Assembly (NCBI GenBank): GCA_945906795.1
Contig: CAMDRO010000004.1
Span: 5,732 to 69,731, forward strand
DNA length: 64,000 nucleotides
From: Spirosoma fluviale
Lineage (GTDB): Bacteria; Bacteroidota; Bacteroidia; Cytophagales; Spirosomataceae
Direction of reading: 5' to 3'
Shown here piece by piece: positions 21,603-31,008 of the stretch. Numbering within the stretch: the first letter of the stretch is position 1; each line of letters opens with the position of its first letter. A program made the position numbers and the translations under genes. The notes beneath the pieces were generated by a model. The model worked only from the letters and a program-made list of their open reading frames with translations, had not been told where the DNA came from and ran no database searches.

Positions 21603-22007
21603 ATGTATCAACTAGGAGATTCTCATGAAATTGATTTTTCGTTCACTCAGGAAGAAGTAAATGAATTTTGCAAAATATCTGGTGATTTTAATCCTTTGCA
21701 TTGGGATGAAGTTTATTCCGCAACCACCCAGTTTAAACAACCTATTATTCATGGGGCTTTAATTGCTAGTGTATTTTCTAGAGTTATGGGTATGGAATTC
21801 CCAGGACAGGGGAGTGTTTATTTAAAACAAATTACTGAGTTCAAAAGACCTTTATTTGTGGGAGTGACGTATTCGGCAAAGTTTCGAATTGAGTCAATTA
21901 ATATAGAAAAGCATATAGCTGAAATTAAAACGCAAGTTTATGAGCGTGAACGCGGGAAATTGATGGTTGACGGAATGGCTACAGCCTTACATTTAGAAAA
22001 ATTTTAA
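21603..22007 (+). CDS. MaoC-like (R)-specific hydratase/dehydratase, hot-dog fold
   Basis: The hydratase motif region is SGDFNPLHWDEVYSATTQFKQPIIHGALIAS, and the 134-aa length fits. Confidence 0.75.
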   Translation: MYQLGDSHEIDFSFTQEEVNEFCKISGDFNPLHWDEVYSATTQFKQPIIHGALIASVFSRVMGMEFPGQGSVYLKQITEFKRPLFVGVTYSAKFRIESINIEKHIAEIKTQVYERERGKLMVDGMATALHLEKF

Positions 22008-22016
22008 CAAAAAAAG

Positions 22017-22042
22017 GCCTGAAATTTCTTTCAGGCTTTTTT
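22017..22042. terminator. Rho-independent terminator between the MaoC-like gene and the histone-like gene
   Basis: The stem is gcctgaaa (22017..22024) paired with tttcaggc (22029..22036). A T6 run follows and an A-run precedes, so it is usable from both strands. Confidence 0.65.
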
Positions 22043-22056
22043 AAAATTTTGGTAAA

Positions 22057-22236
22057 TTACTTAGAAGCGTTCTTTTGGTTTTGAACCTCAGTACGAATCT
22101 CTTGTGATAAAGTTTTTAATTGTTGAAGACCACCTCTAACGCGTGTTCCTGCTGCCTGATTTCCTTTATCATAGAATTTTTCGAAATCCGATTCCAATGA
22201 TAATACTAGATCTTTCACTTGTGCAAATCTGCTCAT
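22057..22236 (-). CDS. Histone H1/Hc1-like small basic DNA-binding protein (59 aa)
   Basis: My own codon-by-codon translation gives MSRFAQVKDLVLSLESDFEKFYDKGNQAAGTRVRGGLQQLKTLSQEIRTEVQNQKNASK. It is below the 60-aa track cutoff. The FYDKGNxAAGTRxR core matches the bacterial histone H1-like family as I recall it. Confidence 0.6.
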   Translation of the reverse strand: MSRFAQVKDLVLSLESDFEKFYDKGNQAAGTRVRGGLQQLKTLSQEIRTEVQNQKNASK

Positions 22237-22407
22237 AATAATAATTTTTAGGTTGTAAAATATTTAGATTGTCTTTATAGCCAGTTTAGAGGCTTATATG
22301 TTACGAAATTTAGACAAATTTTTAATTCTCACAAATTTTTCCAACTAAATTTGATAAAAAAAAGTGAAAAAAGTCAAAAAACTTTAATTTCAGCCTCTAT
22401 TTCTTCT

Positions 22408-23646
22408 TTATTTGGAATAAAAGCCCTCATTAAGTTGCTTTTGAACTTTAGCAAAACATTCAGTCGTGTAACGTATATCCTCTAGCGTATGTGAGGAAGT
22501 AGGTATAATTCTTAACATAATTTGTCCCTTTGGAACTACGGGGTACACAACTATGCTACAAAAAATACCCATGTTTTCTCTAAGGTCGCGAACAAGTTTG
22601 GTCACCGCTTCGATGTCATAATCCCCATGTAAAAATACAGGAGTTACTGGAGATTGAGTTTCGCCAATATCGAATCCCTTTTCTCTTAAGCCTTCTTGCA
22701 AAGCTTTCACATTAGCCCACAATTTAGCTCTTAATTCAGGATGTTTTTTTATTAATTCGAGTCGCTTCATGCCTCCAATGACAAAGGGCATTGGCAATGC
22801 TTTTGCATAGGTTTGAGACCTCATATTGTATTTTAAATACATGATGATATCCTTAGGTGCTGCCACGAATGCCCCAATCGCTGCCATTGATTTAGCGAAA
22901 GTTGAAAAATATAGGTCAATCCCTTCTGTGCAATTTAAAAATTCACCTACTCCGCGTCCATTTTCTCCCATGGTTCCAAATCCATGCGCATCATCGACAA
23001 GCAATCTAAAATCATAGTCTTTTTTCATTTCGACAATTTTGTCTAGCGCGCCCACTTTTCCTGACATTCCAAATACTCCTTCCGTTATCACCAGGATTCC
23101 TCCCCCGGTTTCCTCAGTTCGCTTTTTTGCACGCTCCAAATTCGTTCTTAAAGAATCCATGTCGTTGTGATTAAACTTATAATAGGCACCCATTTTTGCC
23201 TTATGCAAACGAATTCCATCGATCAAGCAAGCATGTGATTCTGCATCGTATACAATGATATCACGATGATCTACCATACATTCAACAAGCGACATCACTC
23301 CTTGGTACCCATAATTAAGTAAGAAGCAGTCTTCTTTGCCTACAAACTCAGCTAATTGTCTTTCAAATTCCTCGTGTTCATCTGTATTTCCTGACATCAT
23401 TCTAGCACCCATAGGATATGCTAGGCCGTATTTAGCTGCAGCGTCAGCATCTGCTTTTCTTACTTCAGGGTGATTAGCAAGTCCTAAATAATTATTTAAA
23501 GACCAGTTTAACATCTCCTTCCCCATGAAAGTCATCCTCGGACCTAATTCGCCTGTTAATTTGGGAAAAGAAAAATAATGATGTGAATAATGTGCATGAG
23601 CGCCGATTGGCCCCATATTTTTTTTAACTTTCTCGAAAATATCCAC
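22408..23646 (-). CDS. PLP-dependent alpha-oxoamine synthase family acyltransferase (Kbl/BioF/SPT/cysteate-acyltransferase-like)
   Basis: The motifs NNYLGLANHPEV, DAESHACLIDG, LVDDAHGFG and the Schiff-base Lys context STFAKSMA are present. The track start is GTG 23646, and an alternative ATG lies at 23616. Confidence 0.85.
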   Translation of the reverse strand: MDIFEKVKKNMGPIGAHAHYSHHYFSFPKLTGELGPRMTFMGKEMLNWSLNNYLGLANHPEVRKADADAAAKYGLAYPMGARMMSGNTDEHEEFERQLAEFVGKEDCFLLNYGYQGVMSLVECMVDHRDIIVYDAESHACLIDGIRLHKAKMGAYYKFNHNDMDSLRTNLERAKKRTEETGGGILVITEGVFGMSGKVGALDKIVEMKKDYDFRLLVDDAHGFGTMGENGRGVGEFLNCTEGIDLYFSTFAKSMAAIGAFVAAPKDIIMYLKYNMRSQTYAKALPMPFVIGGMKRLELIKKHPELRAKLWANVKALQEGLREKGFDIGETQSPVTPVFLHGDYDIEAVTKLVRDLRENMGIFCSIVVYPVVPKGQIMLRIIPTSSHTLEDIRYTTECFAKVQKQLNEGFYSK

Positions 23647-23780
23647 TTTATGAATTCGTTTTAATTAAATAATCTTGTATTAATTACAAAGTTAAATTTA
23701 TTTTTTAAACCCCCTTATATTTAATAAGTTCATTAGTCATTTTTCTGTTAATTTCGTTAAATTATTTAAATGTTTATCAT

Positions 23781-25478
23781 ATGAAATTCAAATTATTGCT
23801 CTTTGTTTATACGTTCATCTTATCTAGTCAGCTTTATTCTCAAAATACCATTAAACCCTTGGTCGAATCTAAAAAAGGTATGGTAGTTTCTACGCATCCC
23901 TTAGCTTCACAAATCGGCTTGGCCATTTTACAAAAAGGAGGAAATGCCATTGACGCAGCCATCGCAGTTAATTTCGCCTTAGCTGTTTGTCATCCATCTG
24001 CAGGAAATATTGGTGGAGGAGGTTTTTTGGTCTATCGTAACGCCAAAGGAAAAGTTTTTGCGCTAGATTATCGGGAAAAAGCTCCATTGGCAAGCACAAA
24101 AGATATGTACCTAGATGCATCAGGCAATGTTATTCCTGATAAAAGTTTTGTGGGGGTGTTTTCTGTAGGGGTTCCAGGGACTGTTGCCGGGATGGAGGAA
24201 ATGCACCGTAAATTCGGCTTATTACCGTGGAAGGAGCTTATCCAGCCTGCTATTGACATAGCGAGGCATGGCCATGCACTCACGTCAAGGGAAGCACGAG
24301 GATTAAATGTAAATAGGTCAAATTTTTTAAAAGAAAATAGTGGAAACTCGTATTTAATTAATGCGAATAACTTAGATTGGAAAAAGGATGATCGCTTAAT
24401 TCAGGAAGATTTAGCCAATACTTTGGAAAGAATTTTACGTGATAAATCAAAAGGATTTTATCAAGGGAAAACCGCTGAACTAATTATTAGTGAAATGAAG
24501 CGGCTAAATGGTATTATTACACAAAGAGATTTGGATAGCTATAAACCTGTTTGGCGAAAACCTATCGTTCAATCGTATAAAAATTTCCAAATAATAGGGA
24601 TGCCTCCGCCGTCAAGTGGGGGAATAGCTTTGGCCCAATTAATGGGAATGGTGAAAAAATATCCATTGAGCAAATGGGGGGCTAGTTCGGATTCAACGGT
24701 CCAATTAATGATTGAGTCAGAAAGAAGGGTATTTGCGGACCGAGCCCAATGGTTAGGTGACCCTGATTTTGTTCAAGTGCCTATCGGACCTTTATTGGAT
24801 TCTACTTACATTAAAAATAGAATTAGTTCGATCAATTTCGCTAAGGCAACGTTAAGTTCAGAAATTTCTGCGGGGCAATTTGCTGGGTACGAAAGCCCAG
24901 AAACCACGCATTATTCAATTGTTGACGCTGCAGGAAATGCCGTATCCATCACAACAACCTTAAATAATTCGTTTGGTAGCAAAGTTTTTGTGGGTGGCGC
25001 TGGCTTTCTTTTAAACGATGAAATGGATGATTTTTCTGCGAAAGCGGGAGCTCCCAATTTGTATGGTCTAGTGGGTTCAAAAGCTAATGAAATTCAACCT
25101 AAGAAAAGAATGCTTTCAAGTATGACGCCAACGATCATAACCGAAAATGGCCAATTGAAAATGGTTTTAGGTACTCCAGGTGGCTCTACAATTATTACGA
25201 GTGTATTTCAGGTAGTAATAAATGTATTGGAATTTGGAATGAATATGCAACAGGCAGTAGAATATCCTCGCTTTCACCAACAATGGAAACCTGAGCAAAC
25301 CCGAATTGAACCCAATCGCCTGTCAACAATTCAAATGGAACGATTGAAACAAAAAGGATATGAATTTTCAAATTCTGCTTCTATCGGTCTAGTCGAAGGA
25401 ATATTAGTGCTTACATCCGGTAATTTACAAGGAGGGGCCGATTCACGCGGCGATGACACGGCTTTAGGTTATGATTGA
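23781..25478 (+). CDS. ggt: Gamma-glutamyltransferase (secreted)
   Basis: It has a signal peptide. The autoprocessing/nucleophile site is ETTHYSIVDAAGNAVSITTTLN, and TPGGSTIITSV is also present. Confidence 0.92.
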   Translation: MKFKLLLFVYTFILSSQLYSQNTIKPLVESKKGMVVSTHPLASQIGLAILQKGGNAIDAAIAVNFALAVCHPSAGNIGGGGFLVYRNAKGKVFALDYREKAPLASTKDMYLDASGNVIPDKSFVGVFSVGVPGTVAGMEEMHRKFGLLPWKELIQPAIDIARHGHALTSREARGLNVNRSNFLKENSGNSYLINANNLDWKKDDRLIQEDLANTLERILRDKSKGFYQGKTAELIISEMKRLNGIITQRDLDSYKPVWRKPIVQSYKNFQIIGMPPPSSGGIALAQLMGMVKKYPLSKWGASSDSTVQLMIESERRVFADRAQWLGDPDFVQVPIGPLLDSTYIKNRISSINFAKATLSSEISAGQFAGYESPETTHYSIVDAAGNAVSITTTLNNSFGSKVFVGGAGFLLNDEMDDFSAKAGAPNLYGLVGSKANEIQPKKRMLSSMTPTIITENGQLKMVLGTPGGSTIITSVFQVVINVLEFGMNMQQAVEYPRFHQQWKPEQTRIEPNRLSTIQMERLKQKGYEFSNSASIGLVEGILVLTSGNLQGGADSRGDDTALGYD

Positions 25479-25483
25479 TTTAT

Positions 25484-26185
25484 TTATTGGAATAGTGTAG
25501 CTACAAAATAGGCTGCCGCTGCTGCTGTCGCACCTATGGAGGCTACTTTTAAGGACCCAATCCATGGATTTTGATCCGTTACTTTGCTTTTGAAATAACC
25601 GAAAACCAACAAAGCAACTAAGGTAATTTCAGCAGAATATAATAGACCAGACTTGGGCTCATCTACATAAAAATAAGGCACAAGTGGGACAAATCCCCCT
25701 ACAATGTAAGAGATACCGATGGTTAATGCCGAGTTTCTAGCTCTATTAGGATTAGGTTTTTCTAAGCCTAGTTCAAAGCGCATCATAAAATCAACCCATT
25801 TGTCCTTATTTTTTGAAATAGCCTCTACGACTATTTCTTGTGCTTCTGGTGTCAAGCCATAGCTTTCAAATACTTCTCTAATTTCTTCTTTTTCCCTCTC
25901 AGGAACACGTTCCACTTCTTCATATTCACGCTTTAATTCGGCTTCATAATGCTCTTGTTCCGTCTGTCCAGCTAGGTATCCCCCTAATCCCATCGCAATG
26001 GAACCCGCGACAATCTCTGCGATTCCTGCCGTGGTGACAATGGACGATGAGGCGACCGCACCTGAAAGTCCAGCAGCTAAGGCAAATGGAACGGTTAAGC
26101 CATCTGACATGCCAATCACAATATCCCTGATAAAATCAGAACTTTTTAAATGCTTTTCGTGCAAATGGTGATCAGGTCCGTTCAT
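25484..26185 (-). CDS. VIT1/CCC1-family iron/manganese transporter
   Basis: The motif IGMSDGLTVPFALAAGLSGA is present. A glutamate-rich cytoplasmic helix (EHYEAELKREYEEVERVPEREKEEIRE) is followed by 3 C-terminal TM helices. Confidence 0.8.
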   Translation of the reverse strand: MNGPDHHLHEKHLKSSDFIRDIVIGMSDGLTVPFALAAGLSGAVASSSIVTTAGIAEIVAGSIAMGLGGYLAGQTEQEHYEAELKREYEEVERVPEREKEEIREVFESYGLTPEAQEIVVEAISKNKDKWVDFMMRFELGLEKPNPNRARNSALTIGISYIVGGFVPLVPYFYVDEPKSGLLYSAEITLVALLVFGYFKSKVTDQNPWIGSLKVASIGATAAAAAYFVATLFQ

Positions 26186-26194
26186 AATGATTGA

Positions 26195-27778
26195 TTATCT
26201 GATGCCATGCATCATTTTTTTAAGAGGTCCAAAAGCTAAAATATACAATAATACGGATGCTATTCCTGCCATGATGACAAAAAGCATAAAGAAATCATAT
26301 AGGTTTTTTATTTCCATGCCTAAGAAACTTGGGAATTGACTGCTTGCGATTGCATTGACAGGAGGCAATAAAGCCCCTAAGGTTCCTGCTAACGCATATC
26401 CGGCCGCATTGGCTAAAAACCAAACCCCCATTAATAAGGACGAAAATCGTTTGGGTGCAAGCTTAGCTACTAAGGATAAACCTATAGGCGAAAGGCATAA
26501 TTCACCCATCGTGTGAAATAAATACATGATGAATAACCAGGCCACGCCCAGTTTCTGCGAACCTAAATCTTTGACTTGAATGGCAATAATGAGATAGCCT
26601 AGTGCCAATAGCATAAGGCCAATAGCCTGCTTTGTTGGCGAATTGGGCTCAATGCCTCTTTTTTGCATCCATATCCAAAACCAACTGAAAGGAAAGGCCA
26701 ACAAAATAATGAAAAATGAATTGGCATTTTGAACTGAACTAGGCGGCAATTCAATTCCGAAGAAATTTAAATCAGTTTGTTGGTCTGCAATGAACGTTAA
26801 GGAAGATCCAGCCTGCTCGTAAGCTGACCAAAAGAAAATGACGAAAAATGAAATAATGTACATGACATAAATTCGCTGACGCTCAATGATCGTCAAAGTT
26901 TTATCTGTCATAATCAAAAATGCTAAACTAATTCCAGCCGAGTAAATGACCGGATAAACCCAGTCTTTAATTGGGTTTGCTATGTCTGTTAGAAACAAAT
27001 AATGGAATATATAGACCAATAAAGTGAATATTACTAGCGTAATCCCTATCGATTTAGTTGTAAAATCTGCTTTATTCGCCTCTTCTTCAGACTCTTGTGC
27101 TTTATTGAAATCTGGAGCTAATCCCACAGGCCGGCCATCCGGTTTCAATAAATATTTATTTTTCAAAAAATAAAATGTGATCGTCCCAATCATCATGGCG
27201 CAGCCAGCAGCTAGAAAGCCCCATTTGAATGCATCAAGGTTTCTAACTCCATCGACCTTTACGTCTCCTAGCCAGGGGCAGATCATCATTCCCAACAATG
27301 CTCCGGTATTGATACCCATATAAAAGATCGTAAAAGCCGCATCGAGACGGTTATCGCCTTTGGCATATAATTGACCTACCATCGACGAAATGTTAGGCTT
27401 GAAAAATCCATTTCCAAGGATTAGAAATAACAAACCTGACCACATGAATAAATTTGCGGTTTCAACTCCGTCATTAAACGTACTAGCTGATCCAAAAAGA
27501 AAAAGTTGGCCTATGGCCATCGTAATTCCACCCAAAATAATGCAATTTCGATTTCCAAAATATCGATCTGACATATATCCACCTAACATAGTAGTTAGGT
27601 AGCTTAGTCCTAAAAAACCACCGTAAATGATGGACGCTTCGTTTTGTTTATAGGCAAGGGCATTGACTAAAAATAAAGAAAGTAAGGCACGCATTCCATA
27701 AAAATTAAAGCGTTCCCACATTTCAGTACTATATAATACATAAAGGCCTTTGGGATGCGAAGAAGTGTTTTGATTCAT
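26195..27778 (-). CDS. Proton-dependent oligopeptide transporter (POT/PTR2 family)
   Basis: The PTR2 signature is HPKGLYVLYSTEMWERFNFYGMRALL, and GGYMSDRYFG is also present. ATG 27778 is preferred over the track GTG 27802. Confidence 0.9.
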   Translation of the reverse strand: MNQNTSSHPKGLYVLYSTEMWERFNFYGMRALLSLFLVNALAYKQNEASIIYGGFLGLSYLTTMLGGYMSDRYFGNRNCIILGGITMAIGQLFLFGSASTFNDGVETANLFMWSGLLFLILGNGFFKPNISSMVGQLYAKGDNRLDAAFTIFYMGINTGALLGMMICPWLGDVKVDGVRNLDAFKWGFLAAGCAMMIGTITFYFLKNKYLLKPDGRPVGLAPDFNKAQESEEEANKADFTTKSIGITLVIFTLLVYIFHYLFLTDIANPIKDWVYPVIYSAGISLAFLIMTDKTLTIIERQRIYVMYIISFFVIFFWSAYEQAGSSLTFIADQQTDLNFFGIELPPSSVQNANSFFIILLAFPFSWFWIWMQKRGIEPNSPTKQAIGLMLLALGYLIIAIQVKDLGSQKLGVAWLFIMYLFHTMGELCLSPIGLSLVAKLAPKRFSSLLMGVWFLANAAGYALAGTLGALLPPVNAIASSQFPSFLGMEIKNLYDFFMLFVIMAGIASVLLYILAFGPLKKMMHGIR

Positions 27779-27952
27779 AGTGTACCGATCGATTTTGACC
27801 ACAATATAGGGAGATAATTTAGTTTTTATATTTTTTGAATTCCAAATTTAATTTTAAATATTGATTTTATTGGGCTGGAATTTAATCAAAGATGTGAAAC
27901 CTTTTTTGTAATATTGTTCATTGGATTAGTCAAAAAAAACATTTAGACTTTT

Positions 27953-28732
27953 ATGGGTAAAATCATAGCGATAGCGAATCAAAAAGGTGGAGTAGGTAAA
28001 ACTACTACTGCAATTAATTTAGCCGCTAGTCTAGCCGCTTTGGATTTAAAAACATTGCTAATTGATGCCGACCCTCAAGCAAATTCAACCTCTGGTTTGG
28101 GATTTAATCCGAAAGAAATTTCACAAAGTATTTATGAATGCATGGTTGGGATTTCATTGGTAAAAGACAGTATCCTTCCTACCGAAGTGCCTTTTTTAGA
28201 TATTATTCCTTCTCACATTGATTTAGTTGGCGCTGAAATAGAAATGATTAATCTGACGAATCGGGAGGGAAAAATGAAGGAAGCCTTGCAGGAAATCAAA
28301 GATGACTATGATTTTATCATCATGGACTGTTCGCCTTCACTTGGTTTGATTACCATTAATAGCTTAACCGCGGCTGATTCAGTCATTATTCCAGTACAAT
28401 GCGAATATTATGCATTAGAAGGTTTGGGTAAATTATTAAATACGATTAAGATTATACAAAGCCGATTAAATACGCAATTACTTATCGAAGGAATTTTATT
28501 AACCATGTACGATTTGAGGTTACGCTTATCTAATCAGGTGGTTAATGAGGTTAATTCTCATTTTAAAAATATGGTTTTTGAGACGATTATACCCAGAAAT
28601 ATTCGATTGTCGGAGTCTCCAAGTTATGGGATTCCAGCCATCTTGCATGATGCAGAAAGTAAAGGAGCTATCAGTTATTTAAATCTCGCTAAAGAAATTG
28701 TGCGAAAAAATGGTCTTTTATTGGAGATATAA
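27953..28732 (+). CDS. parA: Chromosome partitioning ATPase ParA/Soj
   Basis: The deviant Walker A motif is ANQKGGVGKTTTAINLA, and IIMDCSPSLG is also present. Confidence 0.93.
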   Translation: MGKIIAIANQKGGVGKTTTAINLAASLAALDLKTLLIDADPQANSTSGLGFNPKEISQSIYECMVGISLVKDSILPTEVPFLDIIPSHIDLVGAEIEMINLTNREGKMKEALQEIKDDYDFIIMDCSPSLGLITINSLTAADSVIIPVQCEYYALEGLGKLLNTIKIIQSRLNTQLLIEGILLTMYDLRLRLSNQVVNEVNSHFKNMVFETIIPRNIRLSESPSYGIPAILHDAESKGAISYLNLAKEIVRKNGLLLEI

Positions 28733-28743
28733 TTTTTAATGTA

Positions 28744-29661
28744 ATGAGTAAACAAGAGTCAAATTTGAAGAAGAGAACTGGATTGGGTAGGGGTTTAGGG
28801 GCATTATTAGAAGATTCTGATAAGGTACAAGGCAAAGGTTTGCACGCTTCTGATTATGCAGGAAGTCTTGATTCTGTAAATTTGATGGAAGAAATTGCGT
28901 TGGATTGCATTGAGACTAATCCATTCCAACCTCGGGAACATTTTGAAGTAGAGGCATTAAATGATTTAGCGGAGTCCATACGAGTTCAAGGAATTATTCA
29001 GCCTATCACGGTTAGAAAAATAGCCCCACGTAAATTCCAATTAATTTCTGGAGAAAGAAGATTTCAGGCCTCTAAATTGGCGGGTTTGACTCGAATTCCT
29101 GCCTATGTCCGCATGGCGGATGATCAGCAAATGATCGAGTTGGCCTTAATAGAAAACATACAAAGAGAAAATTTAAATGCGATCGAAATTGCTCTATCTT
29201 ATAAAAGATTAATGGAGGAATGTAATTTGAAGCAGGAGGATTTGGGTGCTCGAGTGGGTAAAAACAGGTCCACAGTAACTAATTATATTCGTTTACTTAA
29301 ATTACCGGCACATATTCAAATCGCGATTCGCGATAATAAAATTTCGATGGGGCATGCTCGTTCATTAATCTCATTGGAAAATACAGAGATTCAAAATACC
29401 CTTTTTTTAAAAACGATATCGGAGGAATGGTCGGTCAGGAAATTGGAAGATGCTGTGAGGCAATCCTCGCATATTGAATTTAATCCAGTTGATAAATCAG
29501 AGGTTAAGGTGGACCAAATGCGTTCTTGGCAAGCTAATTTAGCCAGTATATTTAAATTACCTGTCAGTTTAAAAATGAATGATAATGGCAAGGGCGAATT
29601 GAAGGTATCATTTAAGTCTAAAGAGGAACTTGAAAAGCTGATTTCATTCGTTCAAAAATAG
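28744..29661 (+). CDS. parB: Chromosome partitioning protein ParB/Spo0J
   Basis: The ParB box is QPREHF...GIIQPITVR, the arginine patch is LISGERRFQAS, and the HTH is TVTNYIRLLKLP. Confidence 0.93.
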   Translation: MSKQESNLKKRTGLGRGLGALLEDSDKVQGKGLHASDYAGSLDSVNLMEEIALDCIETNPFQPREHFEVEALNDLAESIRVQGIIQPITVRKIAPRKFQLISGERRFQASKLAGLTRIPAYVRMADDQQMIELALIENIQRENLNAIEIALSYKRLMEECNLKQEDLGARVGKNRSTVTNYIRLLKLPAHIQIAIRDNKISMGHARSLISLENTEIQNTLFLKTISEEWSVRKLEDAVRQSSHIEFNPVDKSEVKVDQMRSWQANLASIFKLPVSLKMNDNGKGELKVSFKSKEELEKLISFVQK

Positions 29662-29665
29662 CCTA

Positions 29666-30298
29666 ATGGGTTTTAAAACATATTTTCAGGTAATATTGAT
29701 CAGCCTAATTTTTTCGCTCAATATGCAAGGAAATGTAGTCGATACGTTAGGCATTAAATCGGATTCTACCTTCGATAAACGGCTCATAAAAAATAAAATA
29801 ATTCCTAGGGTGAGCACATTGCATTCCTTGATGATTCCTGGTTGGGGCCAAATAAATAATGGCCAATATTGGAAATTACCCTTAGTCGCTGGGGCATTTA
29901 TTACCTTAGGTTTAATTGCCAATTTCAATCACGAGCGGTACATGAAATACCGGGATTATTATTACATCGTTTCGCCTCATACCGAAGATCCTGCTTATGT
30001 GCCACCGTCAACAGTCGCTGTTCCTTATGAAGATGGCGTGATACGAGATTTGGACGTCAATCAATTAAAGCGCTTGAATGATGGTTTTAGAAGAAATAGG
30101 GATTATACGTTTATAGGGATTGCTGTGGCTTGGGCTTTCAATGTGGTTGATGCCAATGTAAGCGCTCATTTGAAGACTTTTGACGTATCTGATGATATAA
30201 GCTTAAAGATTAAACCTAATTTTGAATTTGATCCTATTTCAAAAGGAATGTTTTCTAGTGTATCTTTGACTTTTAATTTTAAAAATCGATTGCGATGA
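29666..30298 (+). CDS. DUF5683-like membrane protein
   Basis: The sequence SLMIPGWGQINNGQYWKLPLV matches the motif I associate with DUF5683. The conserved position directly after parB in Bacteroidota also fits. Confidence 0.55.
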   Translation: MGFKTYFQVILISLIFSLNMQGNVVDTLGIKSDSTFDKRLIKNKIIPRVSTLHSLMIPGWGQINNGQYWKLPLVAGAFITLGLIANFNHERYMKYRDYYYIVSPHTEDPAYVPPSTVAVPYEDGVIRDLDVNQLKRLNDGFRRNRDYTFIGIAVAWAFNVVDANVSAHLKTFDVSDDISLKIKPNFEFDPISKGMFSSVSLTFNFKNRLR

Positions 30299-31008
30299 GA
30301 ATAGTTTTAATTGGTTACGGAAAAATGGGGAAGGAGATTGAGCGCATCGCGATAGACCGTGGGCATCAAATCGTTTCTAAAATAGATATTGAAAATCCGG
30401 ATGATTTAATTGCTTTAACTCATAAAGACGTGGATGTGGCCATTGAGTTTTCAAATCCTATTTCCGCATTTTCTAATATTATGCAGTGTATCGAGAAGCA
30501 AATTCCTATCGTCTGTGGTACCACAGGTTGGTTAGAAAAAAAGGCTGAAGTTGAAAAAGCGACACATTCCTTTGATTCCACTTTTTTTTACGCGTCAAAT
30601 TATTCGATCGGAGTAAATTTATTTTTTAAATTGAATAAGCAATTGGCAAAACTTATGCATGCGCATGCAGGGTATGATATTTATACGAATGAGATCCATC
30701 ACTTAGAAAAGAAAGATTCGCCAAGTGGCACGGCCATCACGATTGCTGAAGGCATTATGAGTCAATATTCAAATAAGAAAAAATGGGTAAATAATGAGAT
30801 TCCTGGAGCGGATGAAATAGGTATTTGGTCGCAGAGAGAATCAACTAAACCCGGTACTCATACTGTAAAATACATTTCTAAAGTGGACCAAATTGAAATG
30901 ACTCATGAAGCTTTTAGTCGGGAAGGTTTTGCATTAGGTGCGGTGATCGCGGCAGAATGGATTTTAGGCAAAAAAGGGGTCTTAGGAATGGACGATATGT
31001 TAAATTAA
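30295..31008 (+). CDS. dapB: 4-hydroxy-tetrahydrodipicolinate reductase
   Basis: The motifs GYGKMGKEI and EIHHLEKKDSPSGTA are present. The start overlaps the upstream stop as ATGA. Confidence 0.92.
   Translation: MRIVLIGYGKMGKEIERIAIDRGHQIVSKIDIENPDDLIALTHKDVDVAIEFSNPISAFSNIMQCIEKQIPIVCGTTGWLEKKAEVEKATHSFDSTFFYASNYSIGVNLFFKLNKQLAKLMHAHAGYDIYTNEIHHLEKKDSPSGTAITIAEGIMSQYSNKKKWVNNEIPGADEIGIWSQRESTKPGTHTVKYISKVDQIEMTHEAFSREGFALGAVIAAEWILGKKGVLGMDDMLN

Noticed and set aside
22289-22400. 8-bp inverted repeat tagaggct / agcctcta about 95 nt apart, between the histone-like gene and the alpha-oxoamine synthase
   Set aside because: It is too short and too widely spaced to be distinguished from chance in AT-rich DNA. 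There is no supporting T-run.
27894-27900. GTGAAAC half-site upstream of parA, examined as a possible parS
   Set aside because: The left half does not match TGTTTCAC. I found no CACGTG-centred 16-mer palindrome anywhere near parAB by eye. A proper PWM scan is needed before any parS claim.
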